In this document: positions 57,958 to 64,000 of the stretch, in pieces
How positions within the stretch are numbered: position 1 is the stretch's first letter
How the letters are laid out: each line of letters opens with the position of its first letter
Source: Kofleriaceae bacterium
Lineage (GTDB): Bacteria > Myxococcota_A > Polyangia > Haliangiales > Haliangiaceae
Length of the DNA stretch: 64,000 nt
NCBI GenBank assembly: GCA_965215005.1
Contig: CBDCCZ010000017.1
Location: 1 to 64,000, forward strand
Direction of reading: 5' to 3'
The notes under the pieces: model-generated
What the model saw: the letters and a program-made list of their open reading frames with translations, nothing else
The model's database searches: none
What the model was told of the DNA's origin: nothing
Position numbers and translations under genes: made by a program

Positions 57958-60900
57958 TCAGTCGTTGTCGGTGTTGACGACCTCGACCTGGAAGTTCGGC
58001 AGTGCCGCGTAATCGGCATCCGCACTCGTCGAGGAATTCCCGATGATCAGGTAGGTCTGGTTGCCGTCTGCAGCGCCGTCGTCGACTCCGGTGATGGTCA
58101 CCGTCTGCGAGACGTTCCAATTTCCCGGCGTGAAGTTCAGAGTCATCGGGCTGACCGTCCCCTCCGACGTGTTCGAGGAGCTCAGGGCGATGGTGACGTT
58201 CCCCGCCGGCTGCGCGTTGAGCACCACCTCGAACGTGTCGGTGCCATTGGCTTCACTGGTGATGAGGCCATCGCGCGGCGTCGCCAGGACACCAGCAGTC
58301 TCGTCATCGAGATTGGTGCCCTCCACGGTACCGCCAATCAGTCCATTGTAGGCATCGCCGCCGCCAGCCATGGCCGCCTCTAGGCGAACCAGGTACGTCT
58401 GATCACCATCGACGAGCGCATCGTTGACGCCGGTGACGATGACCGTCTGCGGCGTGTTCCAGTTGGCCATGGTGAACACCAGGTTGGCGACGTTGAGCGA
58501 CGCTTCCGACGGATCGCTCACCGTCAGCGGGATCGTCACATTGCCAGTTGGCTGCGAGGTGAGCACGACGCTGAAGCTATCGGTCACCGACCCCGACTCG
58601 TTGGTGACCAGCCCGCGACGACGCGACACCAAGATGCCCGCGGTCTCGTCGTCGATGTTGGTGATTTCGACGTCGTTGACGTTGAGGCCGTTGTACTGCA
58701 TGTCGCCACTCATGGTGGTTCCAGTGACCACCGTGAACACCTGATTGCCGTCGGCAACGTCGTCATCGAGACCCGTGACACTCACGAACTGTGGCGCGTT
58801 CCAATTTGCTGGCGTGAAGACCACCGGCGAAGCACCACCCAGCGTTGCTTCCGAAGCATCGGAAACGGTCAGCGGAATGGTCACGTTGGCACTGGGGCGC
58901 GACCGCAACACGATCGAGAAGGTCGCCGAGACGGTCCCATCCTCGGTCACCACCAAGCCATCGGTGGGGTCGACGAACACGCCAGCAGTTTCGTTGTCGG
59001 CATTGGTCACGACCACGTTTGGCGGATCCATGCCGTTGTAGCCCGCATCGCCACTCATCGCCGGGGCGAGAACGACGGTGAAGGTCTGCGGCCCATCGGC
59101 CACGTCGTCATCGACGCCGGTGACCGTCACGGTTTGGAAGGCATTCCAGTTTTGCGGCGTGAACACGAGGCTCGTCGGCGCAGCCGTTCCCTCGCCGGTG
59201 TCATTGCTGCTCACCGGAACCGTCACGTTGGCGGTGGGCTCGGAGGTGAGCCGCACGCGGAAGGTGTCCGTGCCGCCACGCTCGGTGGTGTTCAAGCCGC
59301 CCAGTGGCGTCACTTCGAAACCGGCGGTCTCATCGTCGACGTTGGTGAGTGTGACGTCGTCGGCGTTGAAGCCGCTATAGCCAGCGTCGGTCGAAACCGC
59401 CGCCCCGGTGCGAATGAAGTAGACCTGATCACCGTCGGCGACGTCATCATTGCGCCCATCGACCGTCACGTTCTGTGGCGCATTCCAGTTCGCCGGCGTG
59501 AACACCAGCTGCATGACCTGCGGCACACCTTCGGTGGTGTCGCTGCTGGTGATGGGAATGGTCACGTTGGCAGTGGGCTCCGAGGTGAGCACCACGCTGA
59601 AGGTCGCGCTGCCGCCAAGCTCGCTGGTGGTGAGCCCCATCGTTGGGTCGACCACCACACCGGCGGTGTCGTTGTCGGTCACCCGCACTGTCACGCCCGG
59701 CACGACGAGATCGTCGTACGGAGCGCTGGTGCTTTGCGTCCGACCACCAACCACAGTGATCGGCGCGTTGTCGGCGATATCATCATCGAGGCCCGTCACG
59801 GTCACCTGCTGGAACGAACGCCAGTTCAGTGGCGTGAAGGTGAGCGTGGTCGGATTGATGCTGATCTCTTCGCCGTCCGGCGGGTTGAGGGTGAGATTTA
59901 TCGTCACGTTGGCGGTCGGACGAGCGTTGAGCCGGTAGGCGATCTGCTGGGTGGTGCCGGTCTCTGAAACCGTCACCGACCTCGGGGTGACCGTGATGCC
60001 GGGAGTCTCGTCATCGATGTTGCGTACCCGCACATCGCGCGGATTGAGGCCCGCGTAGCTCATGTCCATGCTGGTCGCAGCGGCCGTGACGATGTTGTAG
60101 ATGACGTTGCCGTCGGCATCCATGTCGTTCACACCGGTTACCGTCACCGTCTGCGGCGCGTTCCAGTTGGCCATGGTGAAGGTCAAGCTCGCCGGCGCAA
60201 CGGTGCCCTCGGTGGTGTCATCGCTCGACAACGCGACGGTGACATTGGCAGACGGCTGCGAGGTGAGGCGCATCGTGAAGGTGGCGGTGCCGCCAGCTTC
60301 CGTGGTTTCGAGCGTCTCCGTGGCGGCTGGCGTGATCGCGAAGCCCGCGGTCTCGTTGTCCACGTTGGTGACCTCGACGCTGGCGATGACGATTCCGTCG
60401 TAGTCGTCGTCGGCGCTGGCCGCGCTCAGCGTCACTTGATAGACCTGCGGCCCGTCGGCGATGTCGTCGTCGACCGGGGTTACGGTCACGACCTGCGGGG
60501 CAGCGAAGTTCGCGGGGGTGAAGGTGAGCGTCGTCGGCGTCACCGTGCCCTCGCTGGTGTCGCCGCTGGTGACCGTGACGACGACATCAGCGGTCGGCGC
60601 GGTGTTGAGGCTCACGCTGAAGGTCGCTTGCGGCCCTTGCTCGGCGGTCTGCACCTCGGTGACGTTGAGAAGCACGCCAGCATCGATGTCTTCATTGATG
60701 ACGTTGACGTCGGCGGGGTTGATCCCTGCGTAATTGGCGTCATCGCTCGTGGCCGCCGCCGTGATGATGGTGTACCGCTGGTTGCCGTCGACCAGGTCAT
60801 CGGCAACGCCGGTGACCGTCACCATTTGCGGAGCCGCCCAGTTGACCGGCGTGAACGTCAACATATCTGGTGCGACCGTGCCTTCGTCGGGGTCCGAGCT

Positions 60901-62466
60901 GCTGAGAGCGATCATGACGTCGGCCGTGGGCATGGTGCGAAGCACGACCTCGAAGGTGGCGGTGCCGCCGGCCTCCGTGGTGCGCAGCCCCTCGGTCGGC
61001 GTGACGTTGATGCCAGCGGTGTCGTTGTCCTGATTGATGCCCGTCACGTTGGCGGGATCGACATCACTATAGTTGGGGTCATCGCTCGTAGCCGGCGCGG
61101 TGATGATGGTGAAGGGCTGATCGCCATCGAGAATCATATCGTCGACGCCGGTGACGGTTACGACCTGCTCACTGTTCCAGTTGTCAGTCGTGAACACCAC
61201 CTGCATGAGATCGATCGTCGCCTCGTCGGGCGCATTGCTCGACAGACCGACGGTGACGTCGGCGGTGGGCTGAGTGGTCAAGCGAATGGTGAAGGTGGCG
61301 GTGGTCGTTTCGTCTTCGCTAACGACCAATCCTTCCAGAGGCTCGATGAGGAACCCGCCCTGGTCGTCATCCACATTGATGACGGTGACGTCGGGAATTT
61401 CGACACCAGAGTAGGCGCCATCGTCGCTTTCGGCGCTCATGATGATGCTGTACATCTGGTCGCCGTCGATCTCGTCGTCGTCGACGCCCGTCACCAGCAC
61501 GTCCTGCGGGGCATTCCAGTTGTCTGCCGTGAAGGTCAAGCTCTGCGGCGCGACGGTGCCTTCGCTGTCGTCGCTGCTCATGAGCGTGATGGTCACATCA
61601 CTGGTGGGTGCAGCGTTGAGCACGATCGAGAACATGGCCGTGCCACCCTCTTCGGTGGTGGTCAGCATCTCGGTCGGAGTGATGGTCACGCCTGCCGTCT
61701 CGTCATCGACGTTGATCAACGTGACATCGACCGGATCGATGCCCGCGTAGGTCTCATCGTCGCTCTCGATGACGCCGAGATTGATGGTGTACTCGACGTT
61801 GCCGTCCTGCTCAGCGTCATCGACGCCGGTCACCGTGACCTGCTGCGGCGCGCTCCAGTTGTCGGTCGTGAACGTCAAGCTGGCAGCCTCGACGGTGCCT
61901 TCGGTGGCGTCGGAGGTTGAAACCGGGATGGTGACATCCGCCGTGGGCGCCGCGTTCAACACCACAGAGAAGGAAGCAGTGCCACCGGCCTCGGTGGTCA
62001 TCAGCCCTTCATCGGCATCGACCGTAACACCGGCGGTCTCGTTGTCGATGTTGGTCACCTTGACATCTGCAGCGTTGAGATCGTTGTAGCTGCTGTCGTC
62101 GCTGACGGCCGGTGCGGTGATGATCGAGTATTCGACGCTGCCGTCCATCTCTTCGTCGTCGAGCCCGGTCACGGTTACCCGCTGCGGGGCGTTCCAGTTC
62201 GACTCCGTGAACGTGAGCATCTCGGGGTTGACCCTGCCCTCGGTGTCATCATCGCTGCTGAGAGCGATCGTGACGTTGGAGCGCGGCCGCGAATCGAGCT
62301 GGATGGTGAAGCTGTCGTCACCGCCGGTCTCGGTGGTGGTCAGGCCGCTCGTCGGCGTGACGGTAATGCCACCTTCCGTGCGCTGGTCTTCATCGTCGCC
62401 GCAACCGGTGACCGCCAGAGCAAGCGCGAGGCCGACAGCAGATGTGCGTGCAAGACGATGAAACAT
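57958..62466 (-). CDS. Large surface lipoprotein of 13 Calx-beta/cadherin-like repeats
   Basis: Lipobox AVTG-C; 13 copies of LTFT..NW..PQ.VTVTG.DD (about 115 aa each); Asp/Thr-rich. Confidence 0.88.
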   Translation of the reverse strand: MFHRLARTSAVGLALALAVTGCGDDEDQRTEGGITVTPTSGLTTTETGGDDSFTIQLDSRPRSNVTIALSSDDDTEGRVNPEMLTFTESNWNAPQRVTVTGLDDEEMDGSVEYSIITAPAVSDDSSYNDLNAADVKVTNIDNETAGVTVDADEGLMTTEAGGTASFSVVLNAAPTADVTIPVSTSDATEGTVEAASLTFTTDNWSAPQQVTVTGVDDAEQDGNVEYTINLGVIESDDETYAGIDPVDVTLINVDDETAGVTITPTEMLTTTEEGGTAMFSIVLNAAPTSDVTITLMSSDDSEGTVAPQSLTFTADNWNAPQDVLVTGVDDDEIDGDQMYSIIMSAESDDGAYSGVEIPDVTVINVDDDQGGFLIEPLEGLVVSEDETTTATFTIRLTTQPTADVTVGLSSNAPDEATIDLMQVVFTTDNWNSEQVVTVTGVDDMILDGDQPFTIITAPATSDDPNYSDVDPANVTGINQDNDTAGINVTPTEGLRTTEAGGTATFEVVLRTMPTADVMIALSSSDPDEGTVAPDMLTFTPVNWAAPQMVTVTGVADDLVDGNQRYTIITAAATSDDANYAGINPADVNVINEDIDAGVLLNVTEVQTAEQGPQATFSVSLNTAPTADVVVTVTSGDTSEGTVTPTTLTFTPANFAAPQVVTVTPVDDDIADGPQVYQVTLSAASADDDYDGIVIASVEVTNVDNETAGFAITPAATETLETTEAGGTATFTMRLTSQPSANVTVALSSDDTTEGTVAPASLTFTMANWNAPQTVTVTGVNDMDADGNVIYNIVTAAATSMDMSYAGLNPRDVRVRNIDDETPGITVTPRSVTVSETGTTQQIAYRLNARPTANVTINLTLNPPDGEEISINPTTLTFTPLNWRSFQQVTVTGLDDDIADNAPITVVGGRTQSTSAPYDDLVVPGVTVRVTDNDTAGVVVDPTMGLTTSELGGSATFSVVLTSEPTANVTIPITSSDTTEGVPQVMQLVFTPANWNAPQNVTVDGRNDDVADGDQVYFIRTGAAVSTDAGYSGFNADDVTLTNVDDETAGFEVTPLGGLNTTERGGTDTFRVRLTSEPTANVTVPVSSNDTGEGTAAPTSLVFTPQNWNAFQTVTVTGVDDDVADGPQTFTVVLAPAMSGDAGYNGMDPPNVVVTNADNETAGVFVDPTDGLVVTEDGTVSATFSIVLRSRPSANVTIPLTVSDASEATLGGASPVVFTPANWNAPQFVSVTGLDDDVADGNQVFTVVTGTTMSGDMQYNGLNVNDVEITNIDDETAGILVSRRRGLVTNESGSVTDSFSVVLTSQPTGNVTIPLTVSDPSEASLNVANLVFTMANWNTPQTVIVTGVNDALVDGDQTYLVRLEAAMAGGGDAYNGLIGGTVEGTNLDDETAGVLATPRDGLITSEANGTDTFEVVLNAQPAGNVTIALSSSNTSEGTVSPMTLNFTPGNWNVSQTVTITGVDDGAADGNQTYLIIGNSSTSADADYAALPNFQVEVVNTDND

Positions 62467-62876
62467 CGTCCTCCGCGGGTTAGCCCCAGAGGGGGCCTCT
62501 TCGTGGTTTCTAGTTAAGCGAATACTCACCGTTGGTCTCTCCTTTAAACCGGTCATTCCCTGAGCCTCTACTGCGCGCATGGTGCGCTGCTTCATAGCTA
62601 TCTGCCAACATCGCCGCAATTGCTGCGTGTGGCGCATTTACGCATCGTCACCCGTGGTTGAGCTGCGCGAGCAGCGGCTATCGAACGCAGGCCACTTCGA
62701 CACGCAAACCCAACGGAGGATCGAACACCGCGCGCAAACGTTCAACGGGAGAGTGCACTTTCCTGTGCTCGACCCAGTGGCAAAGTTCGATCAACGCTTC
62801 GATAAGCCCCTCTGCAGTGCACCGCGCACACCGGACGACACGCCACGAGCACGTGGAATCCCGCCAAACCTGCGAC

Positions 62877-63239
62877 TCAGCTGCCGACCGTGATCTTGCT
62901 GGCGCCGCGGGCGAGCAGCCACGCACGCACGCGCTCGAGCTGATCACCCTGCAAGACGATCAGCTCGCCTTCGACGCTGGCGCCCGCACCAAGCGCTTTC
63001 CGCAGCTCTTTGGCCATTGCTTCCAAGGCGTCGGCTGGCGCCGCGATGCCGGCGAGCACGGTCACTGTTTTGCCGGCGCGCGCTTTGCGCCGGCGACTGA
63101 CGACCAGCTTGCCGCGAAATGGATTTGGTGGCTCAGCGCCGCCGACTTCCTCCGCTTCTGGAGGCGAGCCCGGCGGCAGCGAGCTGCGCAGGGCCTCGAG
63201 CGCAGCGAAGGGTGACGACGGCTTCTTTGAATCGGCCAT
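62877..63239 (-). CDS. Translation initiation factor SUI1/YciH family
   Basis: RAGKTVT, KELRKALGAGAS, IVLQGD. Confidence 0.85.
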   Translation of the reverse strand: MADSKKPSSPFAALEALRSSLPPGSPPEAEEVGGAEPPNPFRGKLVVSRRRKARAGKTVTVLAGIAAPADALEAMAKELRKALGAGASVEGELIVLQGDQLERVRAWLLARGASKITVGS

Positions 63240-63243
63240 ATCG

Positions 63244-64000
63244 CTAGCCATGCTTGGCGACGAGCGCTTCCACTGCCTCGACTTCCTTGGCGGGACCGAC
63301 GATGAAGGAGGTGCGATCGTGCAGTCCGCTGGGCTCGAGGTCGAGAATCGAGCCGCTGCCGGTACTGGCTTTACCGCCTGCAGCCTCGGCGATGAATGCC
63401 AGCGGGTTGCACTCGTAAAGCACGCGCAGCTTGCCGCGTCCGGTCCGGCGATCGGCGGGATACAGAAACATTCCGCCGTACATCAAGTTGCGATGAAAGT
63501 CCGAGACCAGCGAGCCGATGTGCCTCGAGCTCACCCCGCCGCTTCTCGTCATCGTTGCGCGCTTTGACCGAATCGATATACGGTCGCACCCAAGCCGGCC
63601 AATACGGCTCGTTGCACTCGTTGATCGACAACACCTTGGTCTTTTGCGGCATGCGCAGGCCCGGGCGCGTCAAGAAGTACTCCCCAGCGCTGGGATCGAG
63701 CGTGAAACCATCCACGGTCTTGCCAGTCGTGTACACCATTACCGTCGACGAGCCGTACACGATGTAGCCTGCAGCGACCTGCTCACGCCCCGGGCGCAGC
63801 ACATCCCGCCGCACGACCTCGTGCGGGTCGCAGCGGCGGTAGACACTGAAGATGGTGCCAATGGAGACGTTGGCGTCGATGTTGCTCGAACCGTCGAGGG
63901 GATCGAATAACACTACATAGTCGCCATCGAGCGGCGGCCGCACCTCGATGAGGTCGTGCTCCTCCTCGGAGGCCATCGCAGCGACGCAGCCGGAGCGATT
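63244..64000 (-). CDS. fbp: Class I fructose-1,6-bisphosphatase, 5' truncated; frameshift at 63534-63537
   Basis: ASEE, FDPLDGSSNID, SINE, then in the next frame RHIGSLVSDFHRNL..GG and KLRVLYECNP. Confidence 0.92.

Noticed and set aside
62467..62876. Riboswitch in the long leader of the repeat lipoprotein
   Set aside because: Only short fragments resemble known aptamers; no full structure can be supported without an Infernal/Rfam search
63244..64000. fbp as a pseudogene or programmed frameshift
   Set aside because: A single extra base in a G run of a conserved metabolic gene, the same signature as the other probable sequencing indels

Overview
GC-rich bacterial chromosomal window. Gene content (kinase-STAND fusion, many lipoproteins, split atpZIBE operon, several sigma-54 sites) suggests Myxococcota; this is inference only. 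Housekeeping genes include rimO, coaX, gyrA, hemL, atpZ/I/B/E, moaC, glmS, tRNA-Gly(GCC), a YciH/SUI1 factor and fbp. The main result is a ~16 kb orphan tailoring-enzyme cluster (11.7-27.5 kb) in two divergent arms, each with a sigma-54-like promoter. It encodes four Rieske oxygenases, two diiron-carboxylate proteins (one CylC/AurF-like), a ferredoxin, a sterol-desaturase-family enzyme, a GH3 ligase, an AsnB amidotransferase, GNAT-, LbH- and E2-like acyltransferases, a methyltransferase, an SDR and a START-like protein, with no PKS/NRPS/ACP scaffold. Other notable items: a Fam20C/four-jointed-like secreted kinase coupled to a YHS-TM-HEAT protein; a coiled-coil/AT-hook candidate nucleoid protein next to the tRNA; a TonB-receptor/YfiR/hybrid-kinase triplet; a PQQ-dehydrogenase plus YncD/PqqU-like receptor pair; a YihQ-like GH31 lacking the sulfonate Arg; and a 13-repeat Calx-beta-like lipoprotein. 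Four +1 homopolymer frameshifts (probably sequencing errors) distort the ORF track. All calls come from motif reading and recalled family knowledge; no searches were run.
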